A stretch of DNA of 64,000 nt from Desulfatiglandales bacterium (GCA_963667015.2 CAXXJJ010000004.1:832001-896000), one strand, 5' to 3'. Numbered from the stretch's first letter, positions 19,260 through 29,933 are shown. The notes: generated by a model not told the origin, from the sequence alone. Numbers and translations: made by a program.

Positions 19260-19841
19260 TTAAAGAGAGCCATCACCATATTCTTGACGATAGCCGCATT
19301 TAGGACATATTGTTATTCCGTGAAACCAATGGTCTGTCCCTTCACCAGGAATGTAGGAAGAACCCGAATCCTTAAGAATAAAATAATCTTCGTTTTCCGG
19401 TTCTCCATTAGATAATTCGACAGGTGCACACCCTTTTGCGGCACAATGATAGCACTCTCTGTAATAATAACCTGTGGTTGTTTCACCTATCCATTTTAGG
19501 AATTTTGATATGAAAGTATGCTTTTTAAGGCGGTGTTCTCCCCAAACTGCAAACGGTCTCCATCCGTCCCATTCAAGCCATTTGCAAAATTTATAGACGG
19601 TTTTATAAAGTATCCACCAATGAGGATTGGGCCATATCCATTTATTATTCCAATCCTTTTCAGGTTTCCATCTTAGGCCTGTAGAAGCCCAGCCCATTTT
19701 ATTAAATACCCATCTCCGAGGACGGATAAAAAGCCAGCCATAAAAATATCTTATTGGTTTTGTTGTTGGGTACATTATTATTTCACCATACATTCTTTTC
19801 CAGGAACTGCCGGCAATCCTCATATCCTTCCTCGAAACCAT
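19260..19841 (-). CDS. Trp-rich hypothetical protein with a Zn ribbon
   Basis: CYHC and CPKC pairs; true start probably near 19775. Confidence 0.6.
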   Translation of the reverse strand: MVSRKDMRIAGSSWKRMYGEIIMYPTTKPIRYFYGWLFIRPRRWVFNKMGWASTGLRWKPEKDWNNKWIWPNPHWWILYKTVYKFCKWLEWDGWRPFAVWGEHRLKKHTFISKFLKWIGETTTGYYYRECYHCAAKGCAPVELSNGEPENEDYFILKDSGSSYIPGEGTDHWFHGITICPKCGYRQEYGDGSL

Positions 19842-20106
19842 CCCCTATTCTTCTTTTCAGGCAAAGCTTTAAATACCCGGGCAAAAGTTCCCAACAGCGA
19901 TAACAGAACGCTCTCTTTTCATCCTTATATTTACCACACGCACATGATGGAGATTTTAAGACCTTGATATAATAGGTCCTTGATCTTGTACGTCCGTCAG
20001 CTTTAACAATGGCATTTTCGCATTGTTGAGGATGCTGATTTTTCATGCAGGAATTATCTTCCTGATGGTAGGTACATTCTTTGTTATAGCATTTACCTTT
20101 AGACAT
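19783..20106 (-). CDS. Cys-rich hypothetical protein
   Basis: CACGK and FCYRC. Confidence 0.6.
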   Translation of the reverse strand: MSKGKCYNKECTYHQEDNSCMKNQHPQQCENAIVKADGRTRSRTYYIKVLKSPSCACGKYKDEKRAFCYRCWELLPGYLKLCLKRRIGDGFEEGYEDCRQFLEKNVW

Positions 20107-20584
20107 TTCCTTTCAGCTCCTTTTCCAGAAGTTCGATCTCGTATCGTATATGATCGTTTGTTTTCATTTTGCTTTTAATCTGATCGATGCAATAAATTAT
20201 ACTGGTATGATTTTTTCTATTTATTGATTTTGCAATAGCTACAAGGGTTGAGTTTGAATATTTTGAACAAAGATAGCAGTAGACCTGACGGGGATATGCA
20301 TATATTTTCTTTTTCGATTTCCTCTTCAGCATGTATGGATCAACTTTATATCTGATACAGATCAGGCGCATTATCCCGCTTAATGATTCATCAATGATAT
20401 GATCAGGTCTCATCTTTTCCCTGGCTGCCTGAAGCTCTCTTATGATCAATGTCATATCATTATAATTTACCTTCGCATATGCGCCTGTAGTACGATGGTC
20501 CCTTAAGATGACATGGGCAAAATTTTTTTCAATATCATCGATCAATAAAACTCCACTATATAGATTTAGGCATATATCAGGCAT
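20099..20584 (-). CDS. Protein with a DnaA C-terminal (domain IV) HTH
   Basis: AYPRQVYCYL...STLVAIAKSINRKNHTSIIY. Confidence 0.8.
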   Translation of the reverse strand: MPDICLNLYSGVLLIDDIEKNFAHVILRDHRTTGAYAKVNYNDMTLIIRELQAAREKMRPDHIIDESLSGIMRLICIRYKVDPYMLKRKSKKKIYAYPRQVYCYLCSKYSNSTLVAIAKSINRKNHTSIIYCIDQIKSKMKTNDHIRYEIELLEKELKGNV

Positions 20585-20886
20585 TAAGTATTCTCCTGAT
20601 CATTGCATTGTTCATCACCGCATCTTTTATGCCAGGTAATACCGTCTTCATCATGCCAGTAAGGTTCGTCTTCAAAGATAGGGTTTCCGCATGACTCGCA
20701 AAGTCCTATTATTTCATAGTCTCCTATGGCATTGACACAAAGCCCTCCAATATCACCATATTTTTCCATTATTTTATTATATGCATCGATTCTGTTATTA
20801 GCTTTCATGACCTCGATGACTTTTATGTCTGCGTTTACGATAAATTCAAAAGGCATTATTATTTTCCTTTCGGTCCGATCATCCAC
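20584..20886 (-). CDS. Hypothetical protein
   Basis: CESCG motif; coupled ORF. Confidence 0.6.
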   Translation of the reverse strand: MDDRTERKIIMPFEFIVNADIKVIEVMKANNRIDAYNKIMEKYGDIGGLCVNAIGDYEIIGLCESCGNPIFEDEPYWHDEDGITWHKRCGDEQCNDQENT

Positions 20887-21221
20887 CAGGGAGGCAAATC
20901 ATATTCCTGGTCCTGTTTTTTCCACATATGAAGAACATTAGGATTGAAATTTATATACTCTGATTCTTTGGGATGAAATTGAATTACGGTTTCGTCCTTT
21001 CCCCAGAACAACTGTTTAATAAAACACATCTCTTTCCAGTTTGGGCATCTATTCGGTAATGATACTGAAACGTGATCCCATCCAGCTTCATTACTTATTA
21101 TTACCCTTAAGGTGAAAGACTCGTACGGGATTTCAAACATACCGTTACAACCGAAAGATGGATCTGATCTGTATGGTCCGGTTTTAATCCTCAGTTCTTC
21201 TATGTTGGGTGGGACTCTCAT
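20859..21221 (-). CDS. Conserved phage protein (GWDHVSVS family)
   Basis: GWDHVSVS..RCP.W.EMC..K..FW...QFHP. Confidence 0.75.
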   Translation of the reverse strand: MRVPPNIEELRIKTGPYRSDPSFGCNGMFEIPYESFTLRVIISNEAGWDHVSVSLPNRCPNWKEMCFIKQLFWGKDETVIQFHPKESEYINFNPNVLHMWKKQDQEYDLPPWWMIGPKGK

Positions 21222-21628
21222 TTCTCTTTTACCTTCTTAATAATACCTGTTGAAAAACAGCCATACTCACCACAAACCATGTCTCCTGAAGGTGATTTTT
21301 CAAAGCTGGTTATCTCAAACAGTAGACCGTCACACGACACAGTATCCCCGATTATTATTCCATTCCCCATCATGTCTTTGACTAATTCAACTCCCCTTAG
21401 TATTCTGTTGAAGTTCTCGCACATATAATTAATCTCATGATCTTCATGCAGGAGTGGATTAATAAAATCATGATGCTGAAATAAACGATGATAGTCTTTA
21501 AATACACCATCAATCTTTGCCACGATTTCTATTTCAAGTCCTTCAGCTCTTAAAATTGCGGATACATGACATTTCACTTTAATCTTTTCGTGTATTGATT
21601 TTAATAGTTCGTATGTTTCTGCTATCAT
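21218..21628 (-). CDS. Hypothetical protein
   Basis: Coupled ORF. Confidence 0.6.
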   Translation of the reverse strand: MIAETYELLKSIHEKIKVKCHVSAILRAEGLEIEIVAKIDGVFKDYHRLFQHHDFINPLLHEDHEINYMCENFNRILRGVELVKDMMGNGIIIGDTVSCDGLLFEITSFEKSPSGDMVCGEYGCFSTGIIKKVKEK

Positions 21629-21637
21629 TTTCTATGA

Positions 21638-22057
21638 TTATTCCTTGAACGATAAATGTTGATATGCTTCTTCAGGCACATAAAATATGCCCTGACTGCC
21701 CTTAAATCGTGGCTTTCTCTCAAACTCTCTTTTATCTGTCATAGGGTATCCAAAAGGACCTGAAAACCAGATTGAATCACTCTCTGTCAGGACACCGGTT
21801 ATATTTACAATTCCTTCCAGCCTGCCGAATGTGTGCTGATCAATGGGAGGTACCGGAAGTTTTAATACGTTCTTTATGAAAAGATATCCTTCCCTGTCCC
21901 AACTCTTTGAAGACTGGATAATCGTATCCCCCAGGATAACTGATTCCCTGTATTTGATTTTTCTGTTCTCGATATCCTTATCAAGATCCGGATGAAAGAT
22001 GGCATATGGCCATGGGGGTTTTACTGAAAGTGCTTTCAATATTCTTCCTCCGTACAA
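21638..22057 (-). CDS. ASCH-domain protein
   Basis: ALSVKPPW, KDIENR, W..GPFG and KGSQGIF motifs. Confidence 0.8.
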   Translation of the reverse strand: MYGGRILKALSVKPPWPYAIFHPDLDKDIENRKIKYRESVILGDTIIQSSKSWDREGYLFIKNVLKLPVPPIDQHTFGRLEGIVNITGVLTESDSIWFSGPFGYPMTDKREFERKPRFKGSQGIFYVPEEAYQHLSFKE

Positions 22058-22389
22058 TTATCCCAGTCGTCTTCCCAGTCATTTTGATAGTCATAAAACC
22101 TGAAATCAGCCAGTTTTTTGACTTTTGCTTTTTGTTCAGGCGTCCATTCGGACATCGGATAATTTTCTTTTATGATTTTGACTTCTTTTTCGAGTGCCTG
22201 GTATCTGCCGTATTGATAAGGTATTCTGTTTTGGGCGACCTTATATTGATCAACAGCTTTATCAACTAACCTTTGGGCAGCTTTCCTTAAGTCATCAACC
22301 TGTTCAATGGAGAGGTCTTCATCCGTCCCGAGACAGACTTCAAAATGACAATAATTATATGAGTTCATTACTTTTACTGATGCTTTCAT
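22036..22389 (-). CDS. Hypothetical protein
   Basis: ORF in the operon. Confidence 0.65.
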   Translation of the reverse strand: MKASVKVMNSYNYCHFEVCLGTDEDLSIEQVDDLRKAAQRLVDKAVDQYKVAQNRIPYQYGRYQALEKEVKIIKENYPMSEWTPEQKAKVKKLADFRFYDYQNDWEDDWDNCTEEEY

Positions 22390-23799
22390 TTAAAATAATC
22401 TCCTTTGCTTTGTCTCTTCTTCAATGCGTTCCTTACCTATACTGCAATCCATATCAATACCTATCCATTTTCTGCCAAGCTTCTCGGACACAAAACATGT
22501 CGTTCCGGATCCGGCGAACGGATCAAGTACAGTTCCTCCCCTGGGGCATCCGGCTAAGATGCAGGGTTCTATTAATTTAGGGGGATATGTTGCATAATGG
22601 GCTCCGGAAAATCCGGTTGAGTTGACTACCAGGGCAAGCGGATTTCCCTCCTCATCGGAGAAAAGCCCTTGGAAAGAATCGAAGAACCAGTCTGAATTTC
22701 TACGTGCCCGGGTATCGACTATATCTTTTAAGGCGGCTTGAAATGAATCATTTGCCTTAATCCCGGACCCTGCAGGCTGACTTTTTGGTGTAACACCTGG
22801 TTCTTTTATTCTTCCCCTGTCTTGACGATTATCATTTGGGTCAAGTTCAGATTGCCTACCCCATCCGACGCCGGTACCCTGATACCGTCCTTTTGGAATA
22901 GAATCATGTGAGCCCGGGCCCGACTGCCAGCCAACGGGTTTTCTAATATGATCAAAAGATTTTGATATTGTCTGATTACCCGGGCCCCCATCTGCATATT
23001 TATGGCTATTACTGCGCCCTCTGGCATACCGGGCATGAGTATCAAGGGAAGCGGGAAGTTTAACGGCTTCATGATCATAAAAATATTTTCGAGACTTTGA
23101 TAAAAGGAAGAAATATTCAATTGCTGTTGTTGGCCTATCTTTACAGCTTTCAGGCATGCAATTTCTTTTGATCCATGGTATTTTTGATCGGATAAACCAA
23201 CCATTTTCCTGCAGGGCTATTATCAATCGTTCTGGTATAAGTCCAAGATCTTTTGATTTAAGACCGGGGATTTTTTTTCTGTTTGGATTATCAATTTTAT
23301 CTCTACCACCTCTATATTTCGGGTCTCCAAAATCACTTTTAGGATTTGATATATAGCTATCACCAATATTCACCCAACAGGTACCGTCTTTACGAAGAAC
23401 CCGCCGAACCTCCCGGAAGATATCAACCTGGTGTTTTATGAATAACTGCGGAGTGGGCTCTAAGCCAAGACATCCTCTCCATGCTCCGCATTTTTGGCAG
23501 AATTGACCTGTTGAAGATTCACTAATATTTTCATGTTGTTCTATCTGCTTTGAGCCGTTCTGTTGTGATGATTTACCGTGTTTATGTCCACCGCCTCCCA
23601 ATTTACCGGAATCACTCCATACATGGTCACAATCACCCGGATCATCCCAGACAACCGGATCAAGGCCATAATCTCTCAATCCCCAGTACGGGGGAGAGGT
23701 AACAACACAATGTATCGATTCTGATTCCATCTGTTTTAAGACCTTGAGTATATGACCTTCATAAAGTTTCCCTTTGTCCGTCTCAAAATAAGGCTTCAA
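22390..23799 (-). CDS. DNA N4-C/N6-A methyltransferase (beta class)
   Basis: TSPPYW motif IV precedes DPFAGSGTT motif I. Confidence 0.92.
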   Translation of the reverse strand: MKPYFETDKGKLYEGHILKVLKQMESESIHCVVTSPPYWGLRDYGLDPVVWDDPGDCDHVWSDSGKLGGGGHKHGKSSQQNGSKQIEQHENISESSTGQFCQKCGAWRGCLGLEPTPQLFIKHQVDIFREVRRVLRKDGTCWVNIGDSYISNPKSDFGDPKYRGGRDKIDNPNRKKIPGLKSKDLGLIPERLIIALQENGWFIRSKIPWIKRNCMPESCKDRPTTAIEYFFLLSKSRKYFYDHEAVKLPASLDTHARYARGRSNSHKYADGGPGNQTISKSFDHIRKPVGWQSGPGSHDSIPKGRYQGTGVGWGRQSELDPNDNRQDRGRIKEPGVTPKSQPAGSGIKANDSFQAALKDIVDTRARRNSDWFFDSFQGLFSDEEGNPLALVVNSTGFSGAHYATYPPKLIEPCILAGCPRGGTVLDPFAGSGTTCFVSEKLGRKWIGIDMDCSIGKERIEEETKQRRLF

Positions 23800-24543
23800 T
23801 TAAGCTGCTTCCTTCGCACCTGCTCTCATTTCATGATGTAAACTATCGAGAGTAAGATCAAAGATATTACCCAACGCCTGACAGTCCTTGCATCCTTCAC
23901 GTCCTTCAGGAGGATGTGGCATATCATAAAGCCTGCGGACTTCCTCAAGATAATTACCGATCATTTTATGATCCTGAACGATAGGTACAATATCCGGAAG
24001 AAATTTCATGCTGAAACCATCGGATAAAGATCTTCTCTTTGCGTCCGCTTCATCAGTCTGTGGTTCAAAATATGTGAGATAGAGATCGGATACAGGATAA
24101 AACTGTTTTGTTCCTTCAGCGATTGCCTTATATGCGTTCAGCTGCACTTCATACATAGGAAGGAGTTCATCTTGATTCTTCGAGTGCTTTGCGGTCTTAT
24201 TATCATTTATGATGAAGGAATTATCCGTCATCTCAAAAATGTTATCCGCTTCCCCTGAAAGGATAATGTTAAGGTCCGAGTACAGGAGTTGAAACTTCCT
24301 CCAGTTCGGAGGCTGGTGATACCTTTTAATGCTGCCGAGTTTTGCAAGATATGTTTTGTCCTGCAAACCCTGTTCGATCAGGGCGTGAATGCACCTTTTG
24401 GTGTACGCATCGATTGAATTGAAAATGCCCGGGAATATCTGCCAGGGAATTTTTGAATGAAGTTTTATATAAAAGCATCGAGGACAAAAGTCCTTTAATG
24501 CCATTGCTCCCAAGTTTTTACCGCTTATTCGTATTTGTTCCAT
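23800..24543 (-). CDS. PD-(D/E)XK nuclease (Cas4/AddB-like)
   Basis: CPRC, GEADN, DNKT, QLNAY and CKDC motifs. Confidence 0.8.
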   Translation of the reverse strand: MEQIRISGKNLGAMALKDFCPRCFYIKLHSKIPWQIFPGIFNSIDAYTKRCIHALIEQGLQDKTYLAKLGSIKRYHQPPNWRKFQLLYSDLNIILSGEADNIFEMTDNSFIINDNKTAKHSKNQDELLPMYEVQLNAYKAIAEGTKQFYPVSDLYLTYFEPQTDEADAKRRSLSDGFSMKFLPDIVPIVQDHKMIGNYLEEVRRLYDMPHPPEGREGCKDCQALGNIFDLTLDSLHHEMRAGAKEAA

Positions 24544-24872
24544 TATCTTCCCGCTGCCTCCCTTCCATGTTTTATTAATAAATTACCCAGTTCAACAGCC
24601 TGCTTTGGTTCCATACCAAGCCAGTGGACAGGCGAATTGAAATCAATAATAACTTTGCCTTCTTTATTGAATACAGCAAATGCAATTTCACCGTCATCAT
24701 GTTTGGTCAGCTTCCCATCAGGGAATTTCCCTGTAGGTCCAAGTTTTTCTTCAATCTCTTTTTCAAATGAGTTTATTTTCTCGAATACTTCACTATCGGG
24801 ACCTGCCATTTGAAGGGCTTCCTTTAATGAGGCAGTCATTTCCGGATCAAAATCATCTGAATGATGTGACAT
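24543..24872 (-). CDS. Hypothetical phage protein
   Basis: LGPTGKFPDGKL..DDGE; RBS present. Confidence 0.7.
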   Translation of the reverse strand: MSHHSDDFDPEMTASLKEALQMAGPDSEVFEKINSFEKEIEEKLGPTGKFPDGKLTKHDDGEIAFAVFNKEGKVIIDFNSPVHWLGMEPKQAVELGNLLIKHGREAAGR

Positions 24873-25084
24873 ATTAATTCTCCTTTAGGTTGCTCCCCTT
24901 TCGCATAGGCAGGCGGGAGCGTTCCGTGTTTAAGATTTACGTCGGAAAGGATTTTTTATGACAGGCCTCACCGATTTCCACACTAACAGGGAAAGTCAGC
25001 ATCTTTCCCCTCTCGACATTCGATCAGTGATTGGTTTGCTGGGGTTGCCTTGTACCCCCTTGGAGGCGTCGAGATGCTCTGAAA

Positions 25085-25435
25085 TTATGACAAACTATGA
25101 ACAATCTGCCTGAAAATGAAATCCTTAGCTTTCTGTTCTATTGGTAATTCATCAAAAGGAACAAAGCAGGGGTGTTCTTTTTTTTCAGGATCTTTTATCG
25201 GTCCATACTTCCAACCTTCATCACGCTTTTGAATAAGCCATGAGTTATGAGAACTCTCAGGATCTGCATCAGGGTTTTCCATATGGAAGATTACACCATT
25301 AATAGCGCTATCCTTTTGCCATTCAGGTGCATCTTCCCATGATGTTTGACTGTTATCACCTAATGCTTGACAGTAGGCTCTGTTCACTTCATGGGCTATT
25401 TGTGCAATTTCTTCTACGCTTAATTCTGTTTCCAT
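25085..25435 (-). CDS. RyR-domain phage protein
   Basis: SHNSW...GWKYGP.KD..KKEHPC.VPFDELP..KAKD. Confidence 0.85.
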   Translation of the reverse strand: METELSVEEIAQIAHEVNRAYCQALGDNSQTSWEDAPEWQKDSAINGVIFHMENPDADPESSHNSWLIQKRDEGWKYGPIKDPEKKEHPCFVPFDELPIEQKAKDFIFRQIVHSLS

Positions 25436-25466
25436 TCACATAACTCCTTTAATATTCTATAAATTA

Positions 25467-27116
25467 CTATCCTGGCCATGGCACCGCCTTTGTAGGTACT
25501 CGCCGGCGTCGTGTTCGCGCCTGGCTGATACCTTCATGTCCGTTTCTATGGCCGTTTAACGGGTAAAACTCTTTTACATATTTCAAACATGATTCCAGTT
25601 CTGACAGCTCCATCAGGTTCCGTGCTTTTCTGAAATGTGTTTTTATCTCTGTATTTATCTTTTGGGGTTTATGCCTGTTCTGGAATGCAAAGGTATTCAC
25701 GTGCTTTTCTATCTGTTGTCTTAAATCCTGTTCCTGTTCGCTAATAGTAAGGGGCGGGGCGTAGCCGGTCGGGATCTCTCCGAGTGAAATTTCACGGGCT
25801 CCGGATACAGACCCGTTCAGAAACGTTATTCCTGGTTCTCTTGTCCCTCCATTGATTTTCTTTTTATCCGGCGTTTCTGACTTTTCAGATTCATTTACAA
25901 TGATATTTGTTTGTTCTTTTTTTATCTGTTCAACTACTCGCCTGAAGGGAGGATCATCCATAGCGAATACAAAAGCTGTCTGGTTCTCATACGGTCCGGC
26001 GTCTTTATCAACCCTGACAGCTCTTGCCACTAATTGCTCTATCCAGGCCGATGTTCTTATATGAGTAAGCGCAATAATATGTGTAAGAGGGGGAATATCG
26101 AGCCCTTCGCTGCACATCATGACAAAAATCATAATGTCTGAATTCCCGTAACGATAATCTTTTATTGCCTTGATAGCTTCCTGGTTATCGTCGCTGGTTG
26201 CAATTAAGGCATTAAACCCCCATGATTGAACGGTTTTCTGAAGAGCTTTAGCATGTTTAATATTAGCGGCCACAATAGCAAGTTTGGATCGAGGATGATC
26301 TTTTTTATAATTCAACCAATGATCAAGCCCGTTTTTCATAATATGATTTCCGAATTCAGTATTTAAAGCTGTCTGTATTGCATCGCCTGAATTTTTATAA
26401 GCTTTGGATAACTTTGTTTTAAACTCCTTTCCTTGTTTTTCCCATTCAACATCCCCATCAAACAAAGTGAATTTAATAGGAAGTATGGCCTTTTCTTTTA
26501 ACGCATCACTCCGGGAATAAGTGATAATTATAGTGTCTTCGCATGGGGAGAGGTCAAGGCATGTATTGTTACCTTTTTGAATATAATCAAAAAAAGCAAT
26601 CTTGTTTTCATCACCACGATTCAAGGTACCTGAAAGCAATATCAGAAACTTGCATCGTTCAACCAATGGTGCTATTGCTTTATGCCACGATCCTTCATCC
26701 TCTACGTGATGAGGTTCATCGAGAATAAGGATATATTTTCTCTGTTCAAATTCTCTGGCATTTATATATTTTGAATCCTGGGCCAAGGCTTGGTAAGTAG
26801 TGGTATAGCCGGTCTGCCCTCTTCTTGGATTATATTCATTGGTTGCAGACCTTATGATCATATTATGTTTTAATGCTTCCCGGAAATATGGGTCCATGCT
26901 TCCAGCTTCAGCCTGGTAAGCAAGTGTCAATCTGGGGACTATCCAGCATAGGGCATTAGCATAACGATTTACTATTAAGGGCCATGATAGAAGAGAAAAT
27001 AAACTTTTACCTCCTCCTGGTGTGATGTGACCAATGACCTTTGTAATAGGTTCACCAGAAAGAATTCTGTTAACTATGTCTACATATTCAGATTGATGTT
27101 TCCGCAAGCTGATCAT
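25467..27116 (-). CDS. Superfamily 2 helicase
   Basis: TPGGGKS, DEPHH, SGT, EGLDIP and QLVARAVR motifs. Confidence 0.88.
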   Translation of the reverse strand: MISLRKHQSEYVDIVNRILSGEPITKVIGHITPGGGKSLFSLLSWPLIVNRYANALCWIVPRLTLAYQAEAGSMDPYFREALKHNMIIRSATNEYNPRRGQTGYTTTYQALAQDSKYINAREFEQRKYILILDEPHHVEDEGSWHKAIAPLVERCKFLILLSGTLNRGDENKIAFFDYIQKGNNTCLDLSPCEDTIIITYSRSDALKEKAILPIKFTLFDGDVEWEKQGKEFKTKLSKAYKNSGDAIQTALNTEFGNHIMKNGLDHWLNYKKDHPRSKLAIVAANIKHAKALQKTVQSWGFNALIATSDDNQEAIKAIKDYRYGNSDIMIFVMMCSEGLDIPPLTHIIALTHIRTSAWIEQLVARAVRVDKDAGPYENQTAFVFAMDDPPFRRVVEQIKKEQTNIIVNESEKSETPDKKKINGGTREPGITFLNGSVSGAREISLGEIPTGYAPPLTISEQEQDLRQQIEKHVNTFAFQNRHKPQKINTEIKTHFRKARNLMELSELESCLKYVKEFYPLNGHRNGHEGISQARTRRRRVPTKAVPWPG

Positions 27117-27119
27117 CTA

Positions 27120-27476
27120 TTAGATTTTCCTACGTTGAGCTTTCAAAAAACTGCTTTGCTCAAACACAGACAGTTCTTTCAATGCCTGCTTTGCCAACTG
27201 CATAAGAGTTTGTGTGTTTCCCTTCTCTGCATCATGTTTAGCGAGTTCCTTTAATCGGAGTTTCCCGGCTACCAGGCAGGCCAGTTCTGATCGGTAACTA
27301 TGCCATTTGAGGCTTGCTCCATGGCCGTTACCGTGATCTTTCACTTGGTAATTAAGCCCGTAACAGTACAAGCCGTCTTTTTCTGCAATGGAGATCTCCA
27401 TGAAAATACCCTTTTTCGTTACAGAGAAGGCAACTGGGGCATTAATAAAAACTCCATATTCGTTAGGCTCTGCCAT
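27120..27476 (-). CDS. Hypothetical protein
   Basis: Coupled ORF. Confidence 0.6.
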   Translation of the reverse strand: MAEPNEYGVFINAPVAFSVTKKGIFMEISIAEKDGLYCYGLNYQVKDHGNGHGASLKWHSYRSELACLVAGKLRLKELAKHDAEKGNTQTLMQLAKQALKELSVFEQSSFLKAQRRKI

Positions 27477-29932
27477 TATTCAACCGTAATCCCACAATTG
27501 AAAACTATCCGATGATCAGCAAGTTCAACACATTCCTTTTTATGGGTGATGAAAAAACACGTATCAAAGCCACCTTTTTGCATGAATTGAGGATAAAGAG
27601 ATATAAACCGCTTTGCGTTCTCCACATCCAGAGGACCATCCAATTCATCATTGAACGCTGTCAGATAGTTGTATGTTGATTTCTGTTTTGAGATAAGAGT
27701 CATACCGAGACGCAGAGCCTGAACCGGCCATATTTTCTGCCCACCGCTGCGGAGCTCAAGAGGCACTTCGTCGCCATCCTCATCAATGACATAGATCCTG
27801 AATACTTCCCTGCCTGTGTCCGGGTCCTGGGTAATGATCTTTATTGTGCCGAAACTGGAATTTAAAAGAAGTTCGTTAGTTTCATGGACAATGTTAGGTA
27901 CAACAGAATCAATCTCCAGTGCGCGTAACCCGTCTTTTGAGCAGGCATTCTGTGTATATGCCCATAGAGATATCTGACTGTTAATGGTCGATTTCTCTGC
28001 CTGGGCTGCGTCCAGGTCCTTGTTGAGTTTTTCTAACTCAAGGGCTTCACGTTCAAGATCTTTGATCTTGGATTCTGTATCAGTGATGTTCTTCTGTGTG
28101 GTTTCCTGCAGAGAGGTTAAACCTGATAGCTCTGTGTTAAGTTTTGTTAACCTGGCATCAACTTCCGTGTCGATTTTTTTTTCAATGTCCTGTAAAAGGC
28201 TTGCTGTTTCCTGCTCACGCTTTCTCAGTGCATTCAATTTTGTATCCCATTTGCCTTTGAGCGCAAGGCCTTCCTTTGTGACTTCTTCCTTTTGAGTCTT
28301 GAGGTTTTCGACTTGGGATTCAGCAACTTTAATCTGATCTGCCTTGGCTGCTGTCGGCCGGAGTTCGGCTATCTTCTTTTCAACTGCATCAAGACGATTC
28401 TTTGTACTTTTTAGAGCCTCCGACTCTTTAAACTTCATGTCATTTTTACGGGTAATCTTATCATCGATTTCAGTGAACTCTGTTTTATATTTTTCCTGCA
28501 GGGTTTTTAACTCAGCCTGCTTTTCTTCAACCTGTTTATCGATGTCCGCGATCGCTTTTTCTTCTGTATCCTTCGCTTTTTTAAGATCCTGCTTTTTTGC
28601 TTCGATCTTTTTTTCTATTTCAGGAATTTTATCTTTTGATTCAAAGGCGGATGCTACAAAGAAACATCTTGCATTATGGTCCGGGCAGTTCGGATCTTCG
28701 TTTCTTTTATTCAGTATCTCTGTCTGTTTCCGGAGAGATAGCAACTCAGCTTCAAATGAAGACACGCTGTTATCATTTTGCGCTGTTTCCAGTTTAAACT
28801 GATGTTCTCTTCGCTGTTTTTGCAAGTCAGTGATTATCGTTGATATTTCGGATTGTTCCTTTGTGGATTTATCGGTTAATTCCCTGCGCTGTTTATCGAG
28901 TTCGCTGATCCTGGTTGATAGTCCTGATATGATATCATTTGTCTTATTGATTGATGCCCGGCATAATGCCAGTTCATTGTTCATGTTCTCGATGTCCTCA
29001 ACAGCTTTTTCAATGGCATCCTTATCCTTTAGAGTTTCTTCATGCTGTTTGAGCTGGCTGATAATTCCCTGGGCCTTGGTCCTTATCGTTTCGAGTTCTG
29101 ACCTTGACTGGCTTTCCTCTGTTTCCAGGTCCTTCTGTACCTGCTCAAGAGATTTTTTAATATCAGCGGACCGGGAAACCAGTTTATCGTTTTCCGTTAT
29201 CTTCTTTTTTTCTACCTCTATTTTATCGGTAATGGTTTTGATCATGCCGGTAAGCCTGGTCAATTCCTTTTCAGCCTGTTCTTTCTGCTGCCTGGCCTCG
29301 GTTATTTTTTCGGAGGTGTCAGGTAAATATTCATGCCGTTTTGATTCAAGCACCATGATAGATTTTTCGACCGCTGCCAGTTTCCCGTTCAATATCTTTC
29401 CGCTAGCCTTAGATATGTCCTCCCACCTGATGTACTTATTGAGTTGCAGGAATTCCGCGAACAGGTTTTTAAGGTCTGCAGGGTCAAGATCATTGAGATT
29501 GTCGGAGCCCTGGGAACAGAAGGCAGAGTTATAAAATAATTGCTGGCTTCCAAATATCTCCTGAATCAGTTCTTTGTATGAGGATATTTTGCCCTCGACC
29601 TTGGGCTGATCATTAATCCAGATGAAGCCTTCAGGTGAGTAATTTGAACCGCCGTTGATCTTTACAAGGCACCTGATCCGGTCATTATTAAATAGGTATT
29701 CTCGATCGAGACATGATTCTTTGAGGAAGAATTGATGCTGTAATGCCCCTTTTCGGGATGGCATAACCGGGTACGGAGGAAGGCTTTCAAGGAATGTGCT
29801 TTTGCCCTTTCCATTCTCTCCATCAAGTGCAATAAGCCCTGACAGATTTGACAGGTCCAGTGATATTTCATCAATACCCATGCCTTTTTTCAGGCCTATG
29901 CTTCCTCTTATTTTTGTTGATAAAAGTTTCAT
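27476..29932 (-). CDS. sbcC: SbcC/Rad50-like SMC ATPase
   Basis: GENGKGKS, long coiled coil with a central C..C hook, RSGGQ signature, DELDG and ITH. Confidence 0.9.
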   Translation of the reverse strand: MKLLSTKIRGSIGLKKGMGIDEISLDLSNLSGLIALDGENGKGKSTFLESLPPYPVMPSRKGALQHQFFLKESCLDREYLFNNDRIRCLVKINGGSNYSPEGFIWINDQPKVEGKISSYKELIQEIFGSQQLFYNSAFCSQGSDNLNDLDPADLKNLFAEFLQLNKYIRWEDISKASGKILNGKLAAVEKSIMVLESKRHEYLPDTSEKITEARQQKEQAEKELTRLTGMIKTITDKIEVEKKKITENDKLVSRSADIKKSLEQVQKDLETEESQSRSELETIRTKAQGIISQLKQHEETLKDKDAIEKAVEDIENMNNELALCRASINKTNDIISGLSTRISELDKQRRELTDKSTKEQSEISTIITDLQKQRREHQFKLETAQNDNSVSSFEAELLSLRKQTEILNKRNEDPNCPDHNARCFFVASAFESKDKIPEIEKKIEAKKQDLKKAKDTEEKAIADIDKQVEEKQAELKTLQEKYKTEFTEIDDKITRKNDMKFKESEALKSTKNRLDAVEKKIAELRPTAAKADQIKVAESQVENLKTQKEEVTKEGLALKGKWDTKLNALRKREQETASLLQDIEKKIDTEVDARLTKLNTELSGLTSLQETTQKNITDTESKIKDLEREALELEKLNKDLDAAQAEKSTINSQISLWAYTQNACSKDGLRALEIDSVVPNIVHETNELLLNSSFGTIKIITQDPDTGREVFRIYVIDEDGDEVPLELRSGGQKIWPVQALRLGMTLISKQKSTYNYLTAFNDELDGPLDVENAKRFISLYPQFMQKGGFDTCFFITHKKECVELADHRIVFNCGITVE

Positions 29933-29933
29933 G

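Noticed and set aside
23800..24543. CRISPR-associated Cas4
   Set aside because: Solo PD-(D/E)XK nuclease in a phage recombination operon, with no array or cas1
27984..29534. Long plus-strand ORFs opposite sbcC
   Set aside because: Antisense shadows of a coiled-coil gene with Ser/Phe/Leu-biased composition
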